Shown: positions 34,301 through 47,777 of the stretch, one piece after another
Position numbering within the stretch: position 1 is the first letter of the stretch
How the letters are laid out: every line of letters starts with the position of its first letter
Assembly: GCA_950097015.1 (NCBI GenBank)
Contig: CATNEN010000038.1
Coordinates: 34,968,001-35,032,000 of the forward strand
Origin: Macrostomum hystrix
Taxonomy: Eukaryota; Animalia; Platyhelminthes
Length of the DNA: 64,000 bases
Direction of reading: 5' to 3'
The notes under the pieces: generated by a model
Seen by the model: the letters and a program-made list of their open reading frames with translations, nothing else
Database searches by the model: none
What the model was told of the DNA's origin: nothing
Position numbers and translations under genes: made by a program

Positions 34301-37300
34301 TAGAATCTCACTGTGTCAGATCACAGCTGAAGAATCTCACTATTAGAATCTCACTGTGTCAGATCACAGCTGAAGATTCTCACTGTTAGAATCTCACTGT
34401 CTCAGATCACAGCTAAAGAATCTCACTGTTAGAATCTCACTGTGTCAGATCACAGCTGAAGATTCTCACTGTTAGAATCTCACTGTGTCAGATCACAGCT
34501 AAAGAATCTCACTGTTAGAATCTCACTGTGTCAGATCACAGCTGAAGAATCTCACTATTAGAATCTCACTGTGTCAGATCACAGCTGAAGAATCTCACTA
34601 TTAGAATCTCACTGTGTCAGATCACAGCTGAAGAATCTCACTATTAGAATCTCACTGTGTCAGATCACAGCTGAAGAATTTCACTATTAGAATCTCACTG
34701 TGTCAGATCACAGCTGAAGAATCTCACTGTGTCAGATCACAGCTGAAGATTCTCACTGTTAGAATCTCACTGTGTCAGATCACAGCTAAAGAATCTCACT
34801 GTTAGAATCTCACTGTGTCAGATCACAGCTGAAGAATCTCACTATTAGAATCTCACTGTGTCAGATCACAGCTGAAGAATCTCACTATTAGAATCTCACT
34901 GTGTCAGATCACAGCTGAAGAATCTCACTGTTAGAATCTCACTGTGTCAGATCACAGCTGAAGAATTTCACTATTAGAATCTCACTGTGTCAGATCACAG
35001 CTGAAGAATCTCACTATTAGAATCTCACTGTGTCAGATCACAGCTGAAGAATCTCACTATTAGAATCTCACTGTGTCAGATCACAGCTGAAGAATCTCAC
35101 TATTAGAATCTCACTGTGTCAGATCACAGCTAAAGAATCTCACTGTTAGAATCTCACTGTGTCAGATCACAGCTGAAGAATCTCACTATTAGAATCTCAC
35201 TGTGTCAGATCACAGCTGAAGAATCTCACTGTTAGAATCTCACTGTGTCAGATCACAGCTGAAGAATTTCACTATTAGAATCTCACTGTGTCAGATCACA
35301 GCTGAAGAATTTCACTATTAGAATCTCACTGTGTCAGATCACAGCTGAAGATTCTCACTGTTAGAATCTCACTGTGTCAGATCACAGCTAAAGAATCTCA
35401 CTGTTAGAATCTCACTGTGTCAGATCACAGCTGAAGATTCTCACTGTTAGAATCTCACTGTGTCAGATCACAGCTGAAGAATCTCACTATTAGAATCTCA
35501 CTGTGTCAGATCACAGCTGAAGAATCTCACTATTAGAATCTCACTGTGTCAGATCACAGCTGAAGAATCTCACTATTAGAATCTCACTGTGTCAGATCAC
35601 AGCTGAAGAATTTCACTATTAGAATCTCACTGTGTCAGATCACAGCTGAAGATTCTCACTGTTAGAATCTCACTGTGTCAGATCACAGCTAAAGAATCTC
35701 ACTGTTAGAATCTCACTGTGTCAGATCACAGCTGAAGATTCTCACTGTTAGAATCTCACTGTGTCAGATCACAGCTGAAGAATCTCACTATTAGAATCTC
35801 ACTGTGTCAGATCACAGCTGAAGAATCTCACTATTAGAATCTCACTGTGTCAGATCACAGCTGAAGAATCTCACTATTAGAATCTCACTGTGTCAGATCA
35901 CAGCTGAAGAATCTCACTATTAGAATCTCACTGTGTCAGATCACAGCTGAAGAATCTCACTATTAGAATCTCACTGTGTCAGATCACAGCTGAAGAATCT
36001 CACTATTAGAATCTCACTGTGTCAGATCACAGCTGAAGAATTTCACTATTAGAATCTCACTGTGTTAGATCACAGCTGAAGAATCTCACTATTAGAATCT
36101 CACTGTGTCAGATCACAGCTGAAGATTCTCACTGTTAGAATCTCACTGTGTCAGATCACAGCTGAAGAATCTCACTATTAGAATCTCACTGTGTCAGATC
36201 ACAGCTGAAGATTCTCACTGTTAGAATCTCACTGTGTCAGATCACAGCTAAAGAATCTCACTGTTAGAATCTCACTGTGTCAGATCACAGCTGAAGAATC
36301 TCACTATTAGAATCTCACTGTGTCAGATCACAGCTGAAGAATCTCACTGTTAGAATCTCACTGTGTCAGATCACAGCTAAAGAATCTCACTGTTAGAATC
36401 TCACTGTGTCAGATCACAGCTGAAGAATCTCACTATTAGAATCTCACTGTGTCAGATCACAGCTGAAGAATCTCACTGTTAGAATCTCACTGTGTCAGAT
36501 CACAGCTGAAGAATTTCACTATTAGAATCTCACTGTGTCAGATCACAGCTGAAGAATTTCACTATTAGAATCTCACTGTGTCAGATCACAGCTGAAGATT
36601 CTCACTGTTAGAATCTCACTGTGTCAGATCACAGCTAAAGAATCTCACTGTTAGAATCTCACTGTGTCAGATCACAGCTGAAGATTCTCACTGTTAGAAT
36701 CTCACTGTGTCAGATCACAGCTGAAGAATCTCACTATTAGAATCTCACTGTGTTAGATCACAGCTGAAGAATCTCACTATTAGAATCTCACTGTGTCAGA
36801 TCACAGCTGAAGAATCTCACTATTAGAATCTCACTGTGTCAGATCACAGCTGAAGAATTTCACTATTAGAATCTCACTGTGTCAGATCACAGCTGAAGAT
36901 TCTCACTGTTAGAATCTCACTGTGTCAGATCACAGCTGAAGAATTTCACTATTAGAATCTCACTGTGTCAGATCACAGCTGAAGAATTTCACTATTAGAA
37001 TCTCACTGTGTCAGATCACAGCTGAAGATTCTCACTGTTAGAATCTCACTGTGTCAGATCACAGCTAAAGAATCTCACTGTTAGAATCTCACTGTGTCAG
37101 ATCACAGCTGAAGAATTTCACTATTAGAATCTCACTGTGTCAGATCACAGCTGAAGAATCTCACTATTAGAATCTCACTGTGTCAGATCACAGCTGAAGA
37201 ATCTCACTATTAGAATCTCACTGTGTCAGATCACAGCTGAAGAATCTCACTATTAGAATCTCACTGTGTCAGATCACAGCTGAAGAATTTCACTATTAGA

Positions 37301-40300
37301 ATCTCACTGTGTCAGATCACAGCTGAAGAATCTCACTGTGTCAGATCACAGCTGAAGATTCTCACTGTTAGAATCTCACTGTGTCAGATCACAGCTAAAG
37401 AATCTCACTGTTAGAATCTCACTGTGTCAGATCACAGCTGAAGAATCTCACTATTAGAATCTCACTGTGTCAGATCACAGCTGAAGAATCTCACTATTAG
37501 AATCTCACTGTGTCAGATCACAGCTGAAGAATCTCACTGTTAGAATCTCACTGTGTCAGATCACAGCTGAAGAATTTCACTATTAGAATCTCACTGTGTC
37601 AGATCACAGCTGAAGAATCTCACTATTAGAATCTCACTGTGTCAGATCACAGCTGAAGAATCTCACTATTAGAATCTCACTGTGTCAGATCACAGCTGAA
37701 GAATCTCACTATTAGAATCTCACTGTGTCAGATCACAGCTAAAGAATCTCACTGTTAGAATCTCACTGTGTCAGATCACAGCTGAAGAATCTCACTATTA
37801 GAATCTCACTGTGTCAGATCACAGCTGAAGAATCTCACTGTTAGAATCTCACTGTGTCAGATCACAGCTGAAGAATTTCACTATTAGAATCTCACTGTGT
37901 CAGATCACAGCTGAAGAATTTCACTATTAGAATCTCACTGTGTCAGATCACAGCTGAAGATTCTCACTGTTAGAATCTCACTGTGTCAGATCACAGCTAA
38001 AGAATCTCACTGTTAGAATCTCACTGTGTCAGATCACAGCTGAAGATTCTCACTGTTAGAATCTCACTGTGTCAGATCACAGCTGAAGAATCTCACTATT
38101 AGAATCTCACTGTGTCAGATCACAGCTGAAGAATCTCACTATTAGAATCTCACTGTGTCAGATCACAGCTGAAGAATCTCACTATTAGAATCTCACTGTG
38201 TCAGATCACAGCTGAAGAATTTCACTATTAGAATCTCACTGTGTCAGATCACAGCTGAAGATTCTCACTGTTAGAATCTCACTGTGTCAGATCACAGCTA
38301 AAGAATCTCACTGTTAGAATCTCACTGTGTCAGATCACAGCTGAAGATTCTCACTGTTAGAATCTCACTGTGTCAGATCACAGCTGAAGAATCTCACTAT
38401 TAGAATCTCACTGTGTCAGATCACAGCTGAAGAATCTCACTATTAGAATCTCACTGTGTCAGATCACAGCTGAAGAATCTCACTATTAGAATCTCACTGT
38501 GTCAGATCACAGCTGAAGAATCTCACTATTAGAATCTCACTGTGTCAGATCACAGCTGAAGAATCTCACTATTAGAATCTCACTGTGTCAGATCACAGCT
38601 GAAGAATCTCACTATTAGAATCTCACTGTGTCAGATCACAGCTGAAGAATTTCACTATTAGAATCTCACTGTGTTAGATCACAGCTGAAGAATCTCACTA
38701 TTAGAATCTCACTGTGTCAGATCACAGCTGAAGATTCTCACTGTTAGAATCTCACTGTGTCAGATCACAGCTGAAGAATCTCACTATTAGAATCTCACTG
38801 TGTCAGATCACAGCTGAAGATTCTCACTGTTAGAATCTCACTGTGTCAGATCACAGCTAAAGAATCTCACTGTTAGAATCTCACTGTGTCAGATCACAGC
38901 TGAAGAATCTCACTATTAGAATCTCACTGTGTCAGATCACAGCTGAAGAATCTCACTGTTAGAATCTCACTGTGTCAGATCACAGCTAAAGAATCTCACT
39001 GTTAGAATCTCACTGTGTCAGATCACAGCTGAAGAATCTCACTATTAGAATCTCACTGTGTCAGATCACAGCTGAAGAATCTCACTGTTAGAATCTCACT
39101 GTGTCAGATCACAGCTGAAGAATTTCACTATTAGAATCTCACTGTGTCAGATCACAGCTGAAGAATTTCACTATTAGAATCTCACTGTGTCAGATCACAG
39201 CTGAAGATTCTCACTGTTAGAATCTCACTGTGTCAGATCACAGCTAAAGAATCTCACTGTTAGAATCTCACTGTGTCAGATCACAGCTGAAGATTCTCAC
39301 TGTTAGAATCTCACTGTGTCAGATCACAGCTGAAGAATCTCACTATTAGAATCTCACTGTGTTAGATCACAGCTGAAGAATCTCACTATTAGAATCTCAC
39401 TGTGTCAGATCACAGCTGAAGAATCTCACTATTAGAATCTCACTGTGTCAGATCACAGCTGAAGAATTTCACTATTAGAATCTCACTGTGTCAGATCACA
39501 GCTGAAGATTCTCACTGTTAGAATCTCACTGTGTCAGATCACAGCTAAAGAATCTCACTGTTAGAATCTCACTGTGTCAGATCACAGCTGAAGATTCTCA
39601 CTGTTAGAATCTCACTGTGTCAGATCACAGCTGAAGAATCTCACTATTAGAATCTCACTGTGTCAGATCACAGCTGAAGAATCTCACTATTAGAATCTCA
39701 CTGTGTCAGATCACAGCTGAAGAATCTCACTATTAGAATCTCACTGTGTCAGATCACAGCTGAAGATTCTCACTGTTAGAATCTCACTGTGTCAGATCAC
39801 AGCTAAAGAATCTCACTGTTAGAATCTCACTGTGTCAGATCACAGCTGAAGAATCTCACTATTAGAATCTCACTGTGTCAGATCACAGCTGAAGAATCTC
39901 ACTGTTAGAATCTCACTGTGTCAGATCACAGCTGAAGAATCTCACTGTTAGAATCTCACTGTGTCAGATCACAGCTGAAGAATCTCACTATTAGAATCTC
40001 ACTGTGCCAGATCACAGCTGAAGAATCTCACTATTAGAATCTCACTGTGTCAGATCACAGCTGAAGAATCTCACTGTTAGAATCTCACTGTGTCAGATCA
40101 CAGCTGAAGAATCTCACTGTTAGAATCTCACTGTGTCAGATCACAGCTGAAGAATCTCACTATTAGAATCTCACTGTGTCAGATCACAGCTGAAGAATTT
40201 CACTATTAGAATCTCACTGTGTCAGATCACAGCTGAAGAATTTCACTATTAGAATCTCACTGTGTCAGATCACAGCTGAAGAATCTCACTATTAGAATCT

Positions 40301-40824
40301 CACTGTGTCAGATCACAGCTGAAGAATTTCACTATTAGAATCTCACTGTGTCAGATCACAGCTGAAGAATTTCACTATTAGAATCTCACTGTGTCAGATC
40401 ACAGCTGAAGAATCTCACTGTGTCAGATCACAGCTGAAGAATTTCACTATTAGAATCTCACTGTGTCAGATCACAGCTGAAGAATCTCACTGTGTCAGAT
40501 CACAGCTGAAGAATTTCACTATTAGAATCTCACTGTGTCAGATCACAGCTGAAGAATTTCACTATTAGAATCTCACTGTGTCAGATCACAGCTGAAGAAT
40601 TTCACTGTTAGAATCTCACTGTGTCAGATCACAGCTGAAGAATCTCACTATTAGAATCTCACTGTGTCAGATCACAGCTGAAGAATTTCACTATTAGAAT
40701 CTCACTGTGTCAGATCACAGCTGAAGAATTTCACTGTTAGAATCTCACTGTGTCAGATCACAGCTGAAGAATCTCACTATTAGAATCTCACTGTGTCAGA
40801 TCACAGCTGAAGAATTTCACTATT
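22398..40824. repeat. 18.4-kb satellite array, 43-bp monomer (29-bp + 14-bp subunits) with higher-order organisation
   Basis: GAATCTCACTGTGTCAGATCACAGCTGAA + GAATCTCACT[A/G]TTA repeated >400 times with few variants. Confidence 0.99.
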
Positions 40825-41115
40825 CTTGCAGAGTTTTAAAGTGCCTTGCTAAAGTCTGAAAACCCCCGACCTGCAATTCGTGTGTCCCACGCTCTAACCA
40901 TCACGCTACAATCTCATCACAAAGCTACAATCTCCTCTTATAACGAATGTAATTGAAAAAATCATATAATCTAAAGAAAACACAAAAATAGTTTTTGTTA
41001 ATTTGATCACTAGTCGAGCAACTTTTCCAATCAAACCGGTACCAACCGATTTCGGTCGAATTATATTTCCAGGAAAAGTTCTTCAGAGCAAAGCAACTCA
41101 AGTGAACAATCAAGG

Positions 41116-44100
41116 TTAGGCAGCAACAGCGATTGGGGCTACTTTGCCGGCGTCATCAACGCGTCTCACTGCGGCCTGCATCCGGCTGAACCAGGGCTTC
41201 AATCGGGGACAATTGTCCATGGCGTCGGCGAATGCCTCGGTGCCCTCCATGGCAGTCAGGACGCCGTACATGGCCAGGTCAGACAGGTCCGGCCGGTCGC
41301 CGCCGCGGAATCGCCTCTTGCCGACGCCGTTCAGCGTGAAGGTGTCGATCTCGTTGTAGAGCGACTGGCGAACATCTCGATGAAGATTGTATTTGCTGCG
41401 CAGACGGACGGACACCAGGCGCATGACGACGGCGCCTGATTAGGGCGTGATGGGTTATTGCTCAGCTCAATGCAAGGGGAATCTTGGTAGCTTTAAGTGG
41501 GGAAGTTCTGTAGCTTCAGGTGGGGAAATTCAGTAGCTTCAGGTGGGGAAGTTCTGTAGCTTCAGGTGGGAAGTTCTGTTGCTTCAGGTGGGGAATTTCA
41601 GTAGCTTCAGGTGGGGAAGTTATGAAGCCTCAGGAAGAAAGTATGGCAGCTTCAGGTTTGGAAGTCTGGTAGCTTCAGGTTCGGAAGTCTGGTAGCTTTA
41701 TGTTTGGAAGTATGGCAGCTACAGGTTTGGAAGTCTGGTAGCTTCAGGAGGGAAACCTCAGGAGAGGCTTAGAAGGGCCTCCTGAGGTTTGGAAAGTCCC
41801 CATATTATACACAAATCCTCACTAACCAGTGTAGATAACCAGAGCACGTTCCGCGGGTGAGAAGCATTTCTCCCATTCGCCAGCCTTGTCGAACCAGTGG
41901 AAGCTATCCAAAGCCTCAGGCAGGGTGCGATAAATATTCGGCGAGATTGTATGGACGAAGATATCGTCAACCCATTGGCGCCATTTTTGCTCCTCACGCA
42001 GCTGGGCTTCGTCGACTTTCTTGCCGGGTTGCATAACGAAGTACCTGGCCGGGGGAAGAAGTTTCATAGTGATTAGGAAGATAACTGGCCGGATGCTTGT
42101 GATTGATATTTCATACTAGCATGTCCTGTTTCATGTGCTTTTTTCGGCATATCAGTTGTTCTCATCTCATAGTGTCAGATGTGCTCATCTCATAGTGTCA
42201 GGTGTGCTCATCTCATAGTGTCAGATGTGCTCATCTCATAGTGTCAGATGTGCTCATCTCATAGTATCAGATGTGCTCATCTCATAGTGTCAGATGTGCT
42301 CATCTCATAGTGTCAGGTGTGCTCATCTCATAGTGTCAGGTGTGCTCATCTCATAGTGTCAGATGTGCTCATCCCATAGTGTCAGGTGTGCTTATCCGAT
42401 TGTGTCAGGTGTAATCATCCCATAGTGTCAGGTGTAATCATCCCATAGTGTCAGGTGTAATCATCCCATAGTGTCAGGTGTAATCATCCCATAGTGTCAG
42501 GTGTAATCATCCCATAGTGTCAGGTGTAATCATCCCATAGTGTCAGGTGTAATCATCCCATAGTGTCAGGTGTAATCATCCCATAGTGTCAGGTGTAATC
42601 ATCCCATAGTGTCAGGTGTAATCATCCCATAGTGTCAGGTGTAATCATCCCATAGAGTCAGGTGTGCTTATCCGATTGTTTCAGGTGTGCTTATCTGATT
42701 GTGTCAGGTGTGCTTATCCGATTGTGTCAGGTGTGCTTATCCGATTGTGTCAGGTGTGTTTATCTCATTGTTTCACGCGTGCTCACCTCATAGTCATTCT
42801 TATTATTTAAGAATAATTTGCCCATTTTATTCGTTCTTAAAGCTGTATCACACAGTAATTTCTCTATTCCTACAATAAGATGACCGTTTTTACAGTCGGA
42901 TTTCTCAGACTGTCTTAAGCTTCTAATATTAATGTCATTTTCTCGAATCATATGATCCGTTTGAACGGTTTCCGATCTAGGTCGGCGTGCCAATGCTCAA
43001 GGGAAATCAGCTTATCAATGAGGACGACAGTAAAATAAATAATTCATAAGCTAAAGAAATACCAAGATTATTCTATACTTCTTTTGCTACTTATATATAT
43101 ACTTGTTGTATTTTTGCTACAACGGATCTTGCTGCGATTCCAATAGCTACGACTCCAGCTGCGATTCCAACAATTACGATACTAGCTGCGATTCCAATAG
43201 CTACGACTCCAGCTGCGATTCCAATAGCTACGACTCCAGCTGCGATTCCAATAGCTACAACTCCAGCTGCGATTCCTACAGCTACGACTCCAGCTGCGAT
43301 TCCAATAGCTACGACTCCAGCTGCGATTCCTACAGCTACGACTCCAGCTGCGATTCCTACAGCTACGACTCCAGCTGCGATTCCTACAGCTAAGACTCTA
43401 GCTGCGATTCCTACAGCTACGACTCCAGCTGCGATTCCTACAGCTACGACTCCAGTTGCGATTCCAACAGCTAAGACTGTAGCTGCGATTCCTACAGCTA
43501 CGACTCCAGCTGCGATTCCTACAGCTACGACTCCAGCTGCGATTCCTACAGCTAAGACTGTAGCTGCGATTCCAACAACAATGCCACTAGCTGTGATTCC
43601 AACAACAATGCCACTAGCTGCGATTCCAACAGCAACGAATCTAGCTGCGATTCCAACAGCAACGATTCAAATATCTGCGATTCCAACAGCTACGATACTA
43701 GGGTCACATCGACCCTAAATTTTTACCCCAAGCTGATCCTGGTACCCATGCGAACAACGTGAAGTTAATTGTCCTCACTCGAAGACGGAAACTGCTTCTG
43801 GTCAGCTCCCGAGAGTCAAACTCCCGACCTCTCGATAAAAAATTCGAGGTTCAAAGTGATAAAAACCTGTCTGAAGGCCGGACCTACCTATTAGGATAGG
43901 TGAGCTTGCCACCCTCTTGACCAACAATGCCCGGATAGCAGAGGCGCAGCTGGGCCAATGATTGGCTGGGATCGCGGATTCTACTCTCCAGAGCGCTAAT
44001 TATCACCGAAGAGTCCTTGAGAACCACCTGACAGAGTAAGGCAAGGAGAGATGTTGAATAAAAATCTGGAAAAACAGTAACAGCTGATAATGACAGTACT

Positions 44101-45098
44101 TGCAGGAGGGTTGCAGGCAACAACACTAGACCCGCAGCCAGCGAGGAGGCAATTCTGCCCATTTCGCTGACTCCTGGGCACACACGCACAGATACTGTAC
44201 GCAGGCACATACTTGCACAGGTGTGTACATCTGCCCTTTGACTTTCTAATCGTCAGGCAGCGTACACTCTCACTGTGCCTTGGAGGTTGGCCCTCAAAGG
44301 CACGACAAGCTCCCCAATTTATTGTGGCCTCGCTGCAGAATCGAACTCAGGGACCTTGGTGCGAGAGGCAGACGCGTTAGACCGCTCAACCTGCCACTCA
44401 ACCCCCTAGTAGGCGAAACAGTTACACTCGAACCTCTTCTCCATCAGGTGACTTGTCAGTCGATGAAGCGTACAGCACCGGAACCTTCGAATAGTCGGCC
44501 AGCCATCGAGTCTGCTGCCTGGAGACAGAGTTCACTTCTACAACGTTGTAGGCGATGCCGCTATAGTCCAGATAGGCTCGCACCTTGCAGCAGAACGGAC
44601 AGGTTTGGTACTGGAACAGTGTCAGCTGTAGGCCAGTGTCCAGAGCCCGGCCAGGAATTTGTCTGGTTGGCTGGCGGGCCCAGTGACTCGGTGGCAGAGC
44701 GTCGCCGGCTGTGAGGCTGCGATACCAGGCCGTCAGGCCGGCTGCCGAGACAGCCGCGGTGGCCCCGGTGCCAAGTAGGAGATTCTTTAGCCAGCCCTGC
44801 AATAATAACGATTCAAGGCCATAGACCAAAGAATGACACGCCCACACTCAATCACCCCAGCTGATGCTGGCAATCATTTAACAGTAGAAACAACACGTGG
44901 GTATTCAAAAATACCCCCTGTCTACTTAACAATATTTCCTAAATCGAATGACCGCTTTTCGTGAAAGTCCACCATGTGGATAAAAAACTTCCGCACTTTA
45001 CGATGAACTAACTATCAAAGCCGTACGAGCCAGTATCGTTCAGAATCGATGAACATCTCGACGATGCCGATGTTTTGCGATTCTGGAAGTTGTCTCAT
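41116..45098 (-). CDS. PTGES2: Prostaglandin E synthase 2 (mPGES-2; glutaredoxin/GST fold)
   Basis: Exons 45098-45027 (tentative), 44796-44434, 44027-43888, 42044-41827 and 41435-41116 join in frame (~370 aa). Motifs LTLFQYQTCPFCCKVRAYLDY, VVEVN, YSKVPVL, LKDSSVIISAL, EEQKWRQWVDDIFVHTISPNIYRT, PDLSDLAMYGVL. Confidence 0.93.
41485..41750. repeat. ~23-bp intronic minisatellite (GTAGCTTCAGGTGGGGAAGTTCT-like)
   Basis: Degenerate tandem array in the last PTGES2 intron. Confidence 0.9.
42160..42770. repeat. 23-bp intronic minisatellite (CTCATCTCATAGTGTCAGATGTG and variants)
   Basis: Tandem array with three graded variant blocks. Confidence 0.95.
43131..43700. repeat. 27-bp intronic minisatellite (GCTGCGATTCCAATAGCTACGACTCCA)
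   Basis: Tandem array; it produces the spurious (SCDSNSYDS)n ORF. Confidence 0.95.
44098..44406 (-). mobile_element. SINE family B copy in a PTGES2 intron
   Basis: Matches 12262-12612 with internal deletions. Confidence 0.8.
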
Positions 45099-45614
45099 CG
45101 GATAGAGCGGAAAATTTTGGCCTGCGTTCTGGATTTTTGTGAGCCGTGAGTCAGACGCTCTAACCACTAATCTAAAACCTGTTTCATTGTGGCTACAAAA
45201 TAACTTGGTGAGTTTTGCTAACATTTGTACTGCATAACTAAAATAAGGTAATATTAAGCTTCTTATCTTATCAAACAGTTCCCATTAGGATATTAAATTT
45301 ATGTTTTTTACTACTTCACTTGGTGTTGATAGTAAAAAATAAGTTGATAAGAGAATTGACAGTCAAACAGCAAGTTCTAGACAAGTTTGCTACTGGATTC
45401 TATAATTATATTATACTACAAAATAATACACGAAATAATTGGCGTCAGTTTGTTAAGGGCAGTTTTAATAAGATGAAGTACATTTTCTATGTATTTACTA
45501 TTGAACTAAACAAGAAAGCATCAGAAACATATGTTTATTTTAGTTTAGAAATTTCACGGGATGTTAGAATAGATAGATTGTTTAAATGCCGAGAGTCGTG
45601 TGTGTACATTCGGA

Positions 45615-46122
45615 CTGGGGTTGGCTGATAGCGAGTGTACGTTGTGAGTGGGGTTGGCTGATAGCGATTGTATATTTGGAGTTTGGCTGGGTGATAGCGA
45701 GTGTACGTTGTGAGTGGGGTTGGCTGATAGCGATTGTATATTTGGAGTTTGGCTGGGTGATAGCGAGTGTACGTTGTGAGTGGGGTTGGCTGATAGCGAA
45801 TGTATATTTGGAGTTTGGCTGGGTGATAGCGAGTGTACGTTGTGAGTGGGGTTGGCTGATAGCGATTGTATATTTGGAGTTTGGCTGGGTGATAGCGAGT
45901 GTACGTTGTGAGTGGGGTTGGCTGATAGCGAATGTATATTTGGAGTTTGGCTGGGTGATAGCGAGTGTACGTTGTGAGTGGGGTGGCTGATAGCGATTGT
46001 ATATTTGGAGTTTGGCTGGGTGATAGCGAGTGTACATTGGGAGTGGGCTTAGCTGATATCGAGTGCACATTGGGAGTGGGGTTGGCTGATAGCGAGTGTA
46101 CATTGGGAGTGGGTTTGTCTGA
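45615..46122. repeat. 66-bp (2 x 33-bp) minisatellite between RTRAF and PTGES2
   Basis: TGATAGCGAGTGTACGTTGTGAGTGGGGTTGGC / TGATAGCGATTGTATATTTGGAGTTTGGCTGGG alternation. Confidence 0.95.
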
Positions 46123-46329
46123 TTAGTAAATTTAAAAAATGTTAACCAACTACACTACTTATAAAGGTAGTGTAGTGTAGTGTATTCCGAGGTCTTATTA
46201 TTTAAAGATTTAATTAAAACTAGAAAAACAGTATGCATAACCAAATGATCCCGGAAACCAAGCCAAATGTAGATAAGCGTGTTAGTTGTTAGTTAAGAAA
46301 ACTAGATTAGCAGGTCACAGCGAAAACAA

Positions 46330-47686
46330 TCAACGTCCAACTTTGCCTAATCGTTCGTCAGTTTTTGGATCAGCCGTTATAGCCTGCACCTGTACTATAG
46401 CGTGATTAATCTGAGTCTGTAGTGTTCTCAAATCTGACAAATAGAGCAGGCGCAGAATGCGCGCCAAATCGGCGCCAGCGCCGGCACCTGGCGCCGTTTC
46501 AAATCCGGCTGGCACTTCGTCTAAGCGAATCTTGTCGACCCGCACCCGGCCAGACTGATCTTTGGCGCGCGACAAGGCCTCCGGGCCGAGGCGCTCGACG
46601 ATGAGCAGGCAGCACGCCTTCAGCACCTCCTTGTGGTCCGGGTGGGACGGAATCTGTGGACGAAAATGCAGAATGAAGGTTAAGTTGGAGAATATCACGA
46701 CTGTCATTGACGATTAACGACGGAGGCTAGATATTTCTCTGAGCATGGTCTCTTATAACGAGTCTGAAGGTCTCCAAACCTTTGACAGCCAAGGTCATGA
46801 CACGTTGTGTCTCGAAGGGTTAACGGACAATCTGAAGTTTGATAAATACTTTTGTCTACCCCAGAAAAGTGCTACGCTACGCCGCTAGTGACATTTCAAA
46901 GATGCTTTGTTATCTCAAAGTTCCATTTTTACATTTGAGGGATTAAGGACCGAGATTGTAACATTGACATTCTCGTGCGTATTTTCAGTTGGTTCCATCC
47001 GTTGAAGATCCATCAAGACACTGATGACTGAGATGATGAAGAAACATGTGGTCGACAAGCTGGTGAAATTTAAACATAATTCGCGCGTAGATTAGCGCTT
47101 ATGGAAAGATAATAAGATAATAACCCCACTCGTATTTTGTTTCTTTCTTTTAGCCCGGTTTTTCTGTGTTTTCGTTGCTTAGATTAGCCATCTGTCCTCG
47201 CAAGAAAAACTGTCAGGACGTTCTTAAAACATAAGATGAAGTCACCTTGAGCAAGGCGGCCAGTTCCGCTACGCCTTTCTTGAACTCGTCAGCTTCGAAA
47301 TCCAGCCGATCGAGAGGATTTCGAATAGGAGGAGTTCCAGTGCCAGGCGCTGATGATGCCTGCTGATTCTGAAACGTGTCACCGTATTGAAGGCTGACGG
47401 CCCTACTAAGTAGCCACTCTGTCACGGAGCTGCGATCTTCCGCGGCAGACTCGGCGATTGCCTTCGGACAGTGAATGGCAGCCAGGTACAGCCGGAACGC
47501 TTCAGACCAAGCTTTTGAGTCGCCTTCAACATTCAACAGTTGGGCTCGATCGTCGGCTGGGTAATGACGAATTCTGTTCTCTTCTAGCCAAGCTACCAGC
47601 CGCTTGAAGGCCGTGTCGTCTGTGACATCGAATGTCTCGCTGCCCGGATAGGCCAGAGCAGTCAACTTAGCGTGGAATAGACGCAT
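46330..47686 (-). CDS. RTRAF: RNA transcription, translation and transport factor (C14orf166/CGI-99/hCLE; tRNA-ligase complex subunit)
   Basis: Exons 47686-47246 and 46653-46330 (phase 0; 254 aa). N-terminal F..KLTAL.Y...WLEENRIRHY and C-terminal ARILRLLYLSDLRTLQTQINHAIVQVQAITADPKTDERLGKVGR are characteristic of the family. Confidence 0.95.
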
Positions 47687-47777
47687 CGGAAATAGCTCAG
47701 AATACAATTAACGACTTCGAGATTCTTGTTAGCGAAATGAACTGCAAACATAATGACATAATGATTATCGATTCAAG

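Noticed and set aside
22398-40824. CRISPR-like appearance of the 29-bp hairpin repeat with 14-bp interruptions
   Set aside because: The intervening units are near-identical partial copies of the repeat, not unique spacers; there are no cas genes and the context is eukaryotic.
43103-43393. Ser/Asp/Cys-repeat ORF
   Set aside because: It is a 27-bp minisatellite inside a PTGES2 intron.
45535-46103. Repetitive ORFs on both strands
   Set aside because: They are products of the 66-bp tandem repeat.
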